Below are positions 30,012 through 39,884 of a DNA stretch of 64,000 bases, in pieces; position 1 is the first letter of the stretch, and the number at the start of each line of letters is the position of its first letter. Position numbers and translations under genes: made by a program. The stretch lies in NCBI GenBank assembly GCA_963665125.2, contig CAXXUK010000002.1, positions 224,001 to 288,000 on the forward strand. Reading direction: 5' to 3'. Below the pieces are notes generated by a model. It was not told the DNA's origin, made no database searches, and saw only the letters and a program-made list of their open reading frames with translations. This DNA comes from an uncultured Desulfarculus sp. (GTDB lineage: Bacteria > Desulfobacterota > Desulfarculia > Desulfarculales > Desulfarculaceae).

Positions 30012-30956
30012 TCAGGAAGAAACGATTGTTATTCCATTTTTATTGAATAGCGACTGAATTGCTTCATAGTTTTTCTGGCTGTAAAAGTCTCTAAGTTTAG
30101 ATGAAGTGCCTGGCTTGGCAGGGATGCCGAGTTGGTCACATTTATCGATCCAGATTGGATTGTTTCCCAGCAGGGAAGCTTTTTGAACCTCGTGTTTGGT
30201 GTAAAGACCGAGGAGTTCCGCAATTTGGGCATCGCTGTCCGTAACCCCCGGTATCAATGGTGTTCGTGGCAGAAAAGCAACTTTTCCGGAGGCTGCTCGC
30301 CGACAGAGCCATGCAAAATTTTCCAGTATCAAATCGTTGGGAATCCCACAGTGGTCTTGATGTTTTTTTCTATCCACAATTTTGATGTCCATGTAGATGG
30401 TATCGATCCATGGAAAGATCAAATGCTCAAAGTTGTCCCTGTCAAACTGGCCGCTGGTTTCCAGCAAAGTATGTAGCCCCTCTTCCTTGAATCGCCTCAG
30501 GAGCGCGGCGGCAAATTCCATGAACATAGTCGGCTCTCCGCCGGAAAGGGTGACGCCGCCTCCCGAGGTGTCAAAAAATGATTTGTAGCGCAACACCTCC
30601 GCCACGATTTCACTTACGGTCATTGCCTTTCCCACCTGTCTCAAGGCATCGGTAGGACAGGCATCCACGCAGGCGAAGCAAAGGGAACAGACCGTCCGGT
30701 CGATAAAAAACGGATTTTCCCCGGATATGGCTTGTTTCGGGCAGGTTTCCACACAGGTGCCGCATCCAATGCATTTCTCCCTATCCCAGGACAATTCTGC
30801 TGCGGTCCTTTGACTCTCTGGGTTCTGACACCAGCTACAGCGCAGAGGGCAGCCCTTGATAAAAACAACGGACCGAATCCCGGGCCCGTCGTCCAGGCTG
30901 TGCCCTTTGATATCGATGATGAGCGGAAGTTTCACCGGTCTATAGTCCAAACTCAC
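30012..30956 (-). CDS. Glycyl-radical enzyme activating enzyme (radical SAM with 2x[4Fe-4S] insert)
   Basis: DGPGIRSVVFIKGCPLRCSWCQNPE, two ferredoxin Cys motifs, GGVTLSGGEP, RTPLIPG. Confidence 0.95.
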   Translation of the reverse strand: MSLDYRPVKLPLIIDIKGHSLDDGPGIRSVVFIKGCPLRCSWCQNPESQRTAAELSWDREKCIGCGTCVETCPKQAISGENPFFIDRTVCSLCFACVDACPTDALRQVGKAMTVSEIVAEVLRYKSFFDTSGGGVTLSGGEPTMFMEFAAALLRRFKEEGLHTLLETSGQFDRDNFEHLIFPWIDTIYMDIKIVDRKKHQDHCGIPNDLILENFAWLCRRAASGKVAFLPRTPLIPGVTDSDAQIAELLGLYTKHEVQKASLLGNNPIWIDKCDQLGIPAKPGTSSKLRDFYSQKNYEAIQSLFNKNGITIVSS

Positions 30957-33900
30957 TACGACGGATCAACTCCAACTGAAGATCGCGCTGCAACTGGACA
31001 AAGTAGCCGCAGTAACCCGAAATTCTGACAAGGAGATCCGCGTAGTACTCCGGATTGGCCATGGCGTCCTTCAGGGTGTCCGTATCGACCACATTATACT
31101 GGATCTGCATACCCCCTTTTTCGAAGTACGTCTGGACGTAATCTGTCATCCGGTCGATAGTCTGCTCATATGTGTCTTTCGCCGAGGGGACGACCCGCAC
31201 GTTAAAAGCGATATTATTGTCCAGCGTTGTGGGATCCAATTGGGCCACATCCAGCAGATTATCCAGAATATTGTTCGATGCACTCGAATGAGGTGTTAAA
31301 CCCGGCGTAAAAGGTTCTCCCTTTAGCCTGCCGGAAGGTGAGGCACTGGAAACCCTGCCGTAAACCGAATGATTGTTCATTGTCCACCATCCTGTTGCAT
31401 AATGGCCACCTCGGTAGTTCCTGTGATTCCTGTAATAATCGTTGTATAATTTTGTGACCCGATTTGCCATGGCCACCGCCTCAGAATCTCCGGAACCGAA
31501 GCGAGGAACCTTGTTTTTCACCAATGCATGAATCTTTTCAAATCCTTCATAATTGCTATCGATTGCCTGTTTCAACTCCGAGAACGCCACGATCTTTTTA
31601 TCAAACACCAAAGTCTTGATGGCCATCATAGAATCTACTACGTCTGCCAGCCCTATAAGTGCAACACCGGTCGAATTGTACTTCGCACCGCCTCGGGTCA
31701 TACCCCTGCCGGTTTTAATACAACCCTCGATCGAAGCCGACAACAAAGGCGCCGGCATGTGTTTCTGGTGGATGATCCCCAACTCGTTATTGCCAACAAC
31801 GGATTGCTCGATGATGAACCGGCTCTGTTCATCAAAGGCAGCCCAGAAAGCCTCGAAGGATTGAAAACCGCCTCTGTCGATCCGCCCCGTTTCTGGGCCA
31901 AGGTGCCAGTTCACCAACGGATGAAAGCCGTTATTCATAGCCATCTCAAACGGCACCATCAGGTTGACCTCCAGTGAGGACGTTGCACTGCAGTGCTTTC
32001 CCGGGAGGGAAGGCTCAACACACCCGGTCGGAGTCCAGCCGCGGATATCCTCCAACGACCAGTTTTCGTTAGCACTCAAGGCGGTGATCATGGCGTCATC
32101 ACTGTGGATACATGGTGTTGCACCGGTTGTGTAGTTCACTTCGCATACCCTCTTCAAAAAAACACGGCTGTTGACACCGATTTTATAACGAGCGTGACAG
32201 TTCGGGTCCTGCAAGGCCAGCATTTCGATTACTTTGAGGATGATATAGGACATATCATTCACGGCGTCGGTTCCGTCCTCCTTAACACCACCTACTGTAA
32301 TGGTCGTGTTCGGTGGAGCCCCTGAGTTTTGCCATTCTCCGATTTCCGGAGATGCTATCGAGTGGCTGGCCAGCCTGAAAAACAGGCATCCCATAATCTC
32401 GATAACATCTTTTATATAGGCTTCCCTCTCGCTTTCCGTTTTCAACTGCTCGATATCGGCTTCAAAGAACGGCTGCAGTATTTGATCGAGCCTCCCCAGC
32501 ATGGGCCCGTCGTCCATGTTTTCCAGTCCCAGGCAAATATGCATAATCCAGAGGGTTTGAACGGCCTCAATCAAAGTTCGAGCCGGATTTTCAGGGACAT
32601 GCTCAAGCCTCTCTGCGATCTCTTCCAGTTCAACTCTGCGTTTTGGATCCGATTCGATTGCCGCTTCTTTTCGAGCCTGCTGCGCCAGGTTGCGGGCATA
32701 GGCCCTCGCGGCATCCAGACCGATCTTCATGGCGTTAAGGGTGTTTGTCTTCTCCTTCTCGGCATTGGGGTCGTTTCTGAGTTCAGCATCAATCTCCGCT
32801 TCCATCCCTTTCAGGCCCTTGAGGACAAACTTGTCATATCCCGGACTGATTTCGCTTTGAGACACGAATTTCCAGAAGAAGATTGCAAACCAGCGGTCCT
32901 GGATCTGTGCTGGTAATGAGTTGTCGAAATCCTTTTTCCACCATTGCAGTAAATTTCGGTCAGCCCAGAACGGAAAGACGTGGTGATGCATGACACGCGC
33001 AGTTTCCTCGCTTATCTCGAGAGGTCTTAGTTCCCGTTTATCTATGGTTTTCAGCTCGGACCACATCAAATGGCCTGCAGTATGAGGGTGGGTTACGGTC
33101 CCGGAAACCGGATTCGGGGTATAGGTTCCAGCCAGCAAATCGTTTTTTCGAATCAGAGCCTGTCGGTTAGACATCAGGTAATGGAAACTTTCTGCTCTAC
33201 GCAGATTGGGCTCCCATTCCTCGCCTGATTTTTTTGTTTCATATCCCATCTCAATAAAAAAATCGGTCAACAGCTTTCCGTACTCAGCCGTTAGCTCTGT
33301 TTTGGTGTTAAACAACTCCTCACGAAATGCTTCGACCCGTGGAAAATCCTCAAGACCATATTTCTGAAGATAGGGATCCTTCAACCATTTGACGTCGAGA
33401 TCTCTTTTCTCTGCTTTCAATCGTTGCGAATGCCGTTTCTTCTTTTCAGCTCTTCCACAGGTTGACACCCCTTTCGCTGCTTTCCAGGCAAGACTACGAT
33501 TCTCAGCAATTGCCTGCCGCTGAGATTTTAACTCATCCTTTAAAAGAACCACATTCAGCAGGTAAAAGAAGTAATAGCCTAGGGTCATATTGCCATCAAT
33601 CCACATCCTACCTTCCAACATCATGGCATTGGCTTTGTTTTTGCTGGCGCTGAGGTACTTCAATATGCAATTGGCCGTTTGAAAACAGAATGTTGCATCG
33701 ACAGTGCTCGATATCGAATCCTGGATTATCATCGTTCCATCTTTAATCAGGATGCTAACCGTCACTTTGCCGTCCATTGATTTAAAAGCAACATCGGCAT
33801 TGATCCAGTCCTGGGTTCCCATCAGCTCTTTTTGAAGTTCGGCCTGGTAGTTGTATTTGGCAGCAATAAAGTTAAGAAAACCCAACAGTAGCAATTGCGC

Positions 33901-34065
33901 ATTTCCGAGCGCTTTCCCTAAAACATACCGGGAAATGCCCGATGCCATTTTGGGATATCCGACAAGGCGGTCGATGGCTGTAATCTTGCGACCAGGCTTC
34001 AAACTCTCAAGTTTTTCGGAACCTGCTGCTTGCTCAATGGTCACTGTTGTCACCCTGCCCTCCAA
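30940..34065 (-). CDS. Glycyl-radical enzyme (PFL family, eliminase-type) with N-terminal SCP2-like extension
   Basis: GRLDQ, TGCVEP Cys loop, C-terminal VRISGYC glycyl loop; about 220 extra N-terminal residues; exact start uncertain. Confidence 0.9.
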   Translation of the reverse strand: MEGRVTTVTIEQAAGSEKLESLKPGRKITAIDRLVGYPKMASGISRYVLGKALGNAQLLLLGFLNFIAAKYNYQAELQKELMGTQDWINADVAFKSMDGKVTVSILIKDGTMIIQDSISSTVDATFCFQTANCILKYLSASKNKANAMMLEGRMWIDGNMTLGYYFFYLLNVVLLKDELKSQRQAIAENRSLAWKAAKGVSTCGRAEKKKRHSQRLKAEKRDLDVKWLKDPYLQKYGLEDFPRVEAFREELFNTKTELTAEYGKLLTDFFIEMGYETKKSGEEWEPNLRRAESFHYLMSNRQALIRKNDLLAGTYTPNPVSGTVTHPHTAGHLMWSELKTIDKRELRPLEISEETARVMHHHVFPFWADRNLLQWWKKDFDNSLPAQIQDRWFAIFFWKFVSQSEISPGYDKFVLKGLKGMEAEIDAELRNDPNAEKEKTNTLNAMKIGLDAARAYARNLAQQARKEAAIESDPKRRVELEEIAERLEHVPENPARTLIEAVQTLWIMHICLGLENMDDGPMLGRLDQILQPFFEADIEQLKTESEREAYIKDVIEIMGCLFFRLASHSIASPEIGEWQNSGAPPNTTITVGGVKEDGTDAVNDMSYIILKVIEMLALQDPNCHARYKIGVNSRVFLKRVCEVNYTTGATPCIHSDDAMITALSANENWSLEDIRGWTPTGCVEPSLPGKHCSATSSLEVNLMVPFEMAMNNGFHPLVNWHLGPETGRIDRGGFQSFEAFWAAFDEQSRFIIEQSVVGNNELGIIHQKHMPAPLLSASIEGCIKTGRGMTRGGAKYNSTGVALIGLADVVDSMMAIKTLVFDKKIVAFSELKQAIDSNYEGFEKIHALVKNKVPRFGSGDSEAVAMANRVTKLYNDYYRNHRNYRGGHYATGWWTMNNHSVYGRVSSASPSGRLKGEPFTPGLTPHSSASNNILDNLLDVAQLDPTTLDNNIAFNVRVVPSAKDTYEQTIDRMTDYVQTYFEKGGMQIQYNVVDTDTLKDAMANPEYYADLLVRISGYCGYFVQLQRDLQLELIRRSEFGL

Positions 34066-34128
34066 GTTTAATATTGGATCAAAGGATATTTAGCTGGAAA
34101 CGACTGTGCTGATTATCATATATCAATA

Positions 34129-35208
34129 GTGAAATGGATAGATGGGGACAGGACAAAAGATATGATATCCGGCCAAAATCATTCATCGGAAAAACTTATC
34201 TCGGCCGTTGCCGCACAGTGGATGGTGAAAACTCTGGAGAGAAGGGGAATCCCGCTAAAAAAGATACTGGTAGGCACCCGCCTGAGCCCAAAATGGTTGC
34301 ATAACTCCGATTCCGTTATCACCCCTGACAATTACTTGAAAATCGTAAAGAACGGGTTGACCTACAGCGCCGATGAGGCCCTTGGGCTCAGAATAGGCAG
34401 GGAACAGAATTTAACGGGATTGGGTTTTTGGGGGTACGCTATCATATGCAGCCATAACCTCAGGGATGCTGCGGATGTTGCCATTCAGTATTGGAACGTG
34501 TCAGGAAGCCTGGTAGACATTATCCGAAAATCTGAAGGCGATGTTCGAATCTGGGAAATCCTGCCGCCATACCCGTATAAAGAACCGCCCCTTTGGAAAT
34601 ATGCCGTTGAGGAAATGCTTTCCACTTGGTACAGTTCAGCCTGTTTCCTTGCCGGCATAAAACTTCCTTTGAAGGAAATTCATCTCTCCTATCCGGAACC
34701 AAGATACAGCCGTCTGTACCGGGAAATGTTCGAATGTCCGGTTTATTACGATCGCGCCATCGATTCTCTTTCCTTTGCCGAAGAACTGCTTGAACTTCGC
34801 ATATCAATGAGCCATGCCCAGATGGCTGAGGTTTGCAGGCAGCGGTGCGAGGAATTGGCGGTTAAATTGGGAAGGCGGGATGAACTTATTGAATCCATCC
34901 GGACAATCGTGACATCTTCTTCATTCAGGGACAGGAGACTGGAGGATATCGCCAGACAAATCGGCACCAGCGATAGGACTCTGCGGCGGAAATTGAAGGA
35001 GCAGGGTACGACTTTCCAAAAGGTTCTTGACGAGACACGGGCCGATTTCGCAAAAACCTACATGAAAAGCACCGCCCTTACAATAGAACAGATAGCCTAC
35101 CGAATTGGATTTTCAGAAGTCACGAACTTCAGAGCGGCTTTTAAAAAGTGGACAGGGATGACGACAAGAGAATACCGTGAAAAAGCCAATCGAAAAGATA
35201 GTTTGTAA
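34129..35208 (+). CDS. AraC-family regulator (OruR/Arabinose_bd_2-type), divergent from the GRE
   Basis: LGLRIG...LGFWGYA; SDRTLRRKLKEQGTTF; IAYRIGFSEVTNFRAAFKKWTG. Confidence 0.92.
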   Translation: MKWIDGDRTKDMISGQNHSSEKLISAVAAQWMVKTLERRGIPLKKILVGTRLSPKWLHNSDSVITPDNYLKIVKNGLTYSADEALGLRIGREQNLTGLGFWGYAIICSHNLRDAADVAIQYWNVSGSLVDIIRKSEGDVRIWEILPPYPYKEPPLWKYAVEEMLSTWYSSACFLAGIKLPLKEIHLSYPEPRYSRLYREMFECPVYYDRAIDSLSFAEELLELRISMSHAQMAEVCRQRCEELAVKLGRRDELIESIRTIVTSSSFRDRRLEDIARQIGTSDRTLRRKLKEQGTTFQKVLDETRADFAKTYMKSTALTIEQIAYRIGFSEVTNFRAAFKKWTGMTTREYREKANRKDSL

Positions 35209-35400
35209 AAGTAAATGTGATCTTCCCCAATTTTTGTGGACACGTAGTTAAGCAGCCATATTGATCATCTCATATTGAGCCGGGTTCATGTACCCCAGAG
35301 CTGAGTGTTTGCGGCTGCGGTTGTAGAAGACTTCGATGTACTCAAAGATGTCAGCCTTGGCCTGCGTCCTGCTCAGATAATCTTTATGCGCCACCAGTTC

Positions 35401-36682
35401 GAGAGTGCTTCACGGCAAATTACCTAATTATCAACTTTATCATGTTGGGATTATTAGCTAAAATTTTCCAAACACCCAGTTTGGAGGCATTGATGGCCAA
35501 TCGATTCGACAAAAAAGGCGGTTTCGCCGATATGGCGGCGGTGCGGCGCAAAAGAAACAAGACCACACCTGAAAAAATCGACGAGTTGGTCGACTGGCGG
35601 CCCATCGAAATGCTGCTCAAGAAAAAATTGCGCCGCAAGCCCGACGCCGTGGGCAATCCCAGCTATCCCGCCCTGAGCATGTTCAAGGCCCTGCTATTGC
35701 AATCGTGGTATGGCCTGTCGGACCGTGAGCTTTCGGAAAACCTCGAAGACCGCATTTCCTTCAGCCACTTTTGCGGGTTTTCTCTGGACAACGAGGTGCC
35801 CGACAACTCCACCATCTGCCGTTTCCGCAACCAACTGCATGAAAAGGATCTGGCAAAGCCCCTGCTGGACATGATCAACAACCAGATCGCGGCCGGAGGC
35901 TTGGAGATTAAGGCCGGCATCATCGTCGACGCCAGCATCGTAGAGAGTGCCCGGCGGCCCCGCAAAAAACAGGAAGTGATTCCAGTGGACCGCCAGGAAG
36001 ATGACGAGCCGGAAAGCGGTGGTTATGAAGTAAAGACCAGTTATTCCGGTGATGTGGATGCGGCCTGGACCAGGAAGGGCAACCGGGCCTGGTACGGCTA
36101 CAAGGTACATATGGCCGTGGATGGGGAGCACGGCTTCATCATGGCCGGCCACGCCACCCCGGCCAACCGGGCTGATTGCAAGGAAATGATGGCGGTGGTC
36201 AACCAGTGCGAGCTTGAGCGGGGCTCGCCCGTTGCGGCGGACAAGGGCTACAGCAGCGCCGCCAATCGTAGCGCGCTTAAGGACGCCGGGCTGTTTGATC
36301 TTATCATGTACAAGGCGGTGAAAAGCAGACCGTTAACCAAGGCTGAAAGAATGGTCAACCGGGCCATCAGCGGCTGCCGGGGATCGGTGGAGCGGGCCTT
36401 CGGGACACTCAAGAAAGACTACCGCTTGGCCAGGGCCCGTTACCTGGGCGCGGCAAAACTGGGCCTGCAGTTGCTCATAGACGCCATGGCCTACAACCTC
36501 AAAAAGGCCGCCCGGATGATGGTTTGAGGGTGCTAATGGGGACCGGGGTGGTTTATGGGGCCGCCGCCAATGGCCCCATTTGGAGGTAAATGCCCGAGTA
36601 AATACCAAATAAACCGCCTCTCCTGACGATTTTCCGGCCAAAATCGAACCATGTCAGCCTCTTGATATTGCGCAGCATCCTC
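35401..36682 (+). mobile_element. IS5-family insertion sequence
   Basis: Imperfect IRs GAGAGTGCT / AGCATCCTC; 5-bp target duplication AGTTC at 35396-35400 and 36683-36687. Confidence 0.9.
35493..36527 (+). CDS. IS5-family transposase (IS1106-like)
   Basis: LLQSWYGLSD, PDNSTICRFR, VDASIV, GYKVH, ADKGY, VERAFG..K. Confidence 0.93.
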   Translation: MANRFDKKGGFADMAAVRRKRNKTTPEKIDELVDWRPIEMLLKKKLRRKPDAVGNPSYPALSMFKALLLQSWYGLSDRELSENLEDRISFSHFCGFSLDNEVPDNSTICRFRNQLHEKDLAKPLLDMINNQIAAGGLEIKAGIIVDASIVESARRPRKKQEVIPVDRQEDDEPESGGYEVKTSYSGDVDAAWTRKGNRAWYGYKVHMAVDGEHGFIMAGHATPANRADCKEMMAVVNQCELERGSPVAADKGYSSAANRSALKDAGLFDLIMYKAVKSRPLTKAERMVNRAISGCRGSVERAFGTLKKDYRLARARYLGAAKLGLQLLIDAMAYNLKKAARMMV

Positions 36683-37394
36683 AGTTCGGTTTTCAGGGAA
36701 TGAAACCAGCTTTCCATGGGCGCGTTATCCCAGCAGTCGCCCTTGCGGCTCATGCTGCATATCATGCGGTGCGACTTCAGCTTTTTGCGGTAGGCCTTGC
36801 TGGCATATTGACGTCCTTGATCTGAATGATGGATCAGCCCAGGCCCAGGTTTCCGCCGGTCCACCGCCATGTTCAGCGCATCGAGCACCAGCTTTTTGGT
36901 CATGCGGCTTGACATGGACCAGCCCACGATCAGCTTGGAATAAAGATCCAGGACGGCCGCCAGGTACAGCCAGCCTTCACGAGTAGGAATGTAGGTTATA
37001 TCAGCCAGCCATTTTTGATCAGGGCCGTCCGCTTCAAAGTCCCGCCCCAGGATATTGGGGGCCGCCAGGTGGCCGTGATTGGAATCCGTGGTGGCCTTGT
37101 ACTTTTTCTTCTGCTTGGCAGCGATGCCGTTATCGCGCATTAATCGAGCCACCCGGTTCTCGCTCACATGGATTTCACGATCCTTGAGTTCCGCCTGTAT
37201 CCGGGGGCTTCCGTACACGCCACGATTTTCTTTATGAATGGCCTTGATCTCGACAACGAGCCTCCGGTTCTCTCGCGCCCGGCTGCTTTCCGGCCGGTTC
37301 AGCCAAGCGTAGTACCCGCTGGCTGACACCTCCAAAATCCGGCACATACGCCTGATCTGGAATCCTTCACTCTGATCCCTGATGAACTGAAACT

Positions 37395-37691
37395 TCATTT
37401 TGGCATCCGCGAGAAGATGCCGATGGCTTTTTTTAATATGTCACGCTCCTGGCGTACAATGGCCAGTTCGCGTCTCAGATGGGCTAGCTCCTCATCTTGC
37501 GGCTTTAAATTGCCCTTGCCTGGGAAGGCCTGCTCAGGGTCTGCTTCGAGCTGCTTCTTCCAGCGGCCCAGCACGGTCTGGCTGATGCCAAGGTCCCTGG
37601 CCGCCTGGGAAATGCTCAAACCTCCCTCGGTGACCAAGGCCACGGCTTCGATCTTGAACTCCCGGCTATAACTCCTGCGTCTGTTGCCCAT
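37395..37691 (-). CDS. IS3 OrfA (copy 1)
   Basis: RRSYSREFKIEAV...ERDILKKA; A-rich frameshift window. Confidence 0.92.
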   Translation of the reverse strand: MGNRRRSYSREFKIEAVALVTEGGLSISQAARDLGISQTVLGRWKKQLEADPEQAFPGKGNLKPQDEELAHLRRELAIVRQERDILKKAIGIFSRMPK

Positions 37692-37900
37692 TCAACACCT
37701 CCAAGCAATTCATATCATGCTTTTCGAGGTGTCCACAATTTCAGGGGAACTTCAACGCTTTTCTCGACTAGGACAATTGATCAGCGCTTGCAGACCAATG
37801 CACGGTACATCGATGAAAGATTGACCCAGCAGAAGCAGTCTCTGAACAGGAGCACCGTTTACCAATGGGAAAGATTCACTAAAATTTTCACGTAGGCGGA

Positions 37901-39577
37901 TCAGCGGGGAGGCGCAAGCCTCTCCGCCACCAGTCTTAGGCCGTGTTCCTCTTTTGGAGAATACATGGATCTCTTTGCTGATGGGAGGCGGTCTGTACTC
38001 GTTTCCCAGTCTCCGCCTCTTAAGACATAAACGCCATCGCCCCTGCCGGGGTTAAACGGATCAACTACAGGCGAATAAGTGGGGAAAAAGTAATCCAACC
38101 AGTCGGAGCAAACCTCATCTACATTACCGTGCATGTCATATAACCCCCAGGGATTGGGTGAAAATCGGGCCACTTCATACGGCCCCCGCCTATCACCGTA
38201 TTTTTCACCTTTTTGCCCATTGCCATACGGGGTTTTTTGATGAGAGTAATGAGCTTGGTTCGGGCTGATGGTTTCGCCTGTATAAAAAGGCCCGGTCGTG
38301 CCGGCTCGGCAGGCATACTCCCATTCGGCCTCGGTGGGCAGACGGTAGCGCACTTTGCCCTCTGAGGCCTTATTTAACCGCTTTAAAAACTCTTCTACCT
38401 GGGCCATGCGGAGTTGAACCGGTCTTGTGTATGGTTTCCCCTGTAATTTGGGGATGGTTCTCATAAGCCTTTTATATTGATGCAAGGTGACTTCCGTGGT
38501 TTGCATGAAAAATGGCTTACTGATCTCAACCAAATGCCGTGGATATTCCTTCTTGTACCAAATAAAGGCTGTATCTTTGGCATGCTGCGCTCTTTCTGGG
38601 TTTGGCTCGTTTTTTAAGGCCTCTTCTTCCGGGCTGTCACGGAAGCCCATCATGAATTTGCCCGCCGGAATCTTTACGAAGGTCATGCCCAATTTATTGG
38701 TGAAGTGCTCGGCTGGCTCCAGGTCCATGAACACGGTATGCACCTTGCCCGGCTGCACCACCACGGTTTTGGTGAAGGGTTTGTAGAGGCTCTTCCATAC
38801 CTGGAGCTTGTGTGGTCCTGGGATCAAGTCCTTGAGGTCCAGCTTGTCGCCAAAGACCTCCTGGCCGTCCAGGTAGACTGTGACGCCGTCCTGTACCGGC
38901 TCGAGCTCAATGCCGCCGCGTTCGGCTCTGAGGTCCACCTCCAGTTTGATGTTTTGATCGGGCCGGGCCACCACGCAGAACCGGTGCTTTGTGTTGAAGG
39001 GGTAGGTCAGTTCGAGCAGATATTCGCCGGGTTCCAGTTTCATGCCGGGAGTGTAATCCTGGGCCACGCCGATGACCCTTGCCTTCATGTTGAATGCGGT
39101 CCCCTCAATAGTGAGCCGGGCGTAGGGAATGGGCTCCAGCTTGAAGTGCTCCTTGGCCAAGCCGCCGTTGGTGACCTCCACCATGCGCACCTGCCCGTAA
39201 TAGCCTTCCTTGCGCACCGTGACCCGCTGCAAGCCAGTAAGAATTTCATCTTTCTTGAAGGGCGTCTTGCCCAGGGGGACGTAACTGCTCACCAGCACCC
39301 CGGCCCCCTCGGGCTCACTGGTCACCTCTATGGACCCGAAATGCACCGGCTCACCGGCCTTGCGCTTGGCTTCTATCTCCTCTTTGCGCACATACTCCAT
39401 GATTATCTGCAATTTTTCCAAGGCCGGGAGATTCTTGGGTTGCCCAAGCACAGGGAATGTGGGCAACCCGAGCTTTTGGTAGGCATGGCTCGGAATGGGC
39501 CAGGCAACCTGGGCCAGTAGAGCCAGGAGAAGCACGATGATAGTGGTGCATGTTTTGCTGAAAAATAATTTGCGCAT
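37901..39577 (-). CDS. Exported PEGA-repeat + FGE-sulfatase (C-type lectin fold) protein
   Basis: Signal peptide; PEGA motifs VTSEPEGA..GKTP, VYLDG..PGPH; FGE motifs IPAGKFMMG, TEVT, RLPTEAEWEYACR, NPWGLYDMHGNV, RGGDW. Confidence 0.88.
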   Translation of the reverse strand: MRKLFFSKTCTTIIVLLLALLAQVAWPIPSHAYQKLGLPTFPVLGQPKNLPALEKLQIIMEYVRKEEIEAKRKAGEPVHFGSIEVTSEPEGAGVLVSSYVPLGKTPFKKDEILTGLQRVTVRKEGYYGQVRMVEVTNGGLAKEHFKLEPIPYARLTIEGTAFNMKARVIGVAQDYTPGMKLEPGEYLLELTYPFNTKHRFCVVARPDQNIKLEVDLRAERGGIELEPVQDGVTVYLDGQEVFGDKLDLKDLIPGPHKLQVWKSLYKPFTKTVVVQPGKVHTVFMDLEPAEHFTNKLGMTFVKIPAGKFMMGFRDSPEEEALKNEPNPERAQHAKDTAFIWYKKEYPRHLVEISKPFFMQTTEVTLHQYKRLMRTIPKLQGKPYTRPVQLRMAQVEEFLKRLNKASEGKVRYRLPTEAEWEYACRAGTTGPFYTGETISPNQAHYSHQKTPYGNGQKGEKYGDRRGPYEVARFSPNPWGLYDMHGNVDEVCSDWLDYFFPTYSPVVDPFNPGRGDGVYVLRGGDWETSTDRLPSAKRSMYSPKEEHGLRLVAERLAPPR

Positions 39578-39689
39578 GAGGCCCCCCAAAGATCAGATGA
39601 TGACGTTATATGTATAGCATAAATTGAGTGGGTGGTATTGTGGCAGAAGAAAAAATCGTGAAAGCGGCGCGGGCGAATCAGGGATTTTG

Positions 39690-39713
39690 GGGTGTGGATT
39701 TGGGTGTGGATTT
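39690..39713 (+). repeat. Tandem 12-bp direct repeat, candidate integrase arm-type sites
   Basis: GGGTGTGGATTT x2, about 115 bp before the tRNA fragment. Confidence 0.55.
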
Positions 39714-39826
39714 TTTTCGAAACCTGGCAAAAATAGGTAAAACCGTGCCAAACCTTGCCAGTAGCTTCCTTTAGTTATTACGGCAAGTTGCCGTAATATG
39801 AGGAGGTTGGGAAGCTCAAAGGATGA

Positions 39827-39884
39827 GACTCAAAATCCCCCGCTCCTTGAGGGCTTGTGGGTTCGAGTCCCACCTCCGGTACCA
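39827..39884 (+). other. 3' fragment of tRNA-Leu(CAA): attachment-site duplication
   Basis: GACTCAAAATC anticodon loop, long variable arm, GGTTCGAGTCC T-arm, ...CCGGTACCA end; no D-arm or 5' acceptor strand upstream. Confidence 0.85.

Larger units (their letters stand above)
35248..37398 (-). pseudogene. IS3 OrfB split by IS5 insertion
   Basis: Matches the copy-2 OrfB up to SLKTEL (36683); the remainder VAHKDY...NMAA lies at 35248-35400. Confidence 0.9.
35218..37754 (-). mobile_element. IS3-family element B, copy 1, interrupted by an IS5-family element
   Basis: Ends TGATCTTCCCC... (35218) and ...GGGGAACTTCA (37754); near-identical to 40387-41636. Confidence 0.92.

Noticed and set aside
30940..34065. 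Pyruvate formate-lyase or alkyl/benzylsuccinate synthase
   Set aside because: Single Cys in GCVEP rather than the PFL CC pair; Glu at +2 and no small subunit genes argue against fumarate addition
36553..36682. C-terminus of the 281-aa IS3 OrfB in the ORF track
   Set aside because: Read-through into the inserted IS5; the real tail lies at 35248-35400
37901..38040. Complete diversity-generating retroelement
   Set aside because: No reverse transcriptase and no template repeat seen in the window
39780..39884. Intact tRNA-Leu gene
   Set aside because: No D-arm and no 5' strand complementary to the acceptor stem; only the 3' part is present
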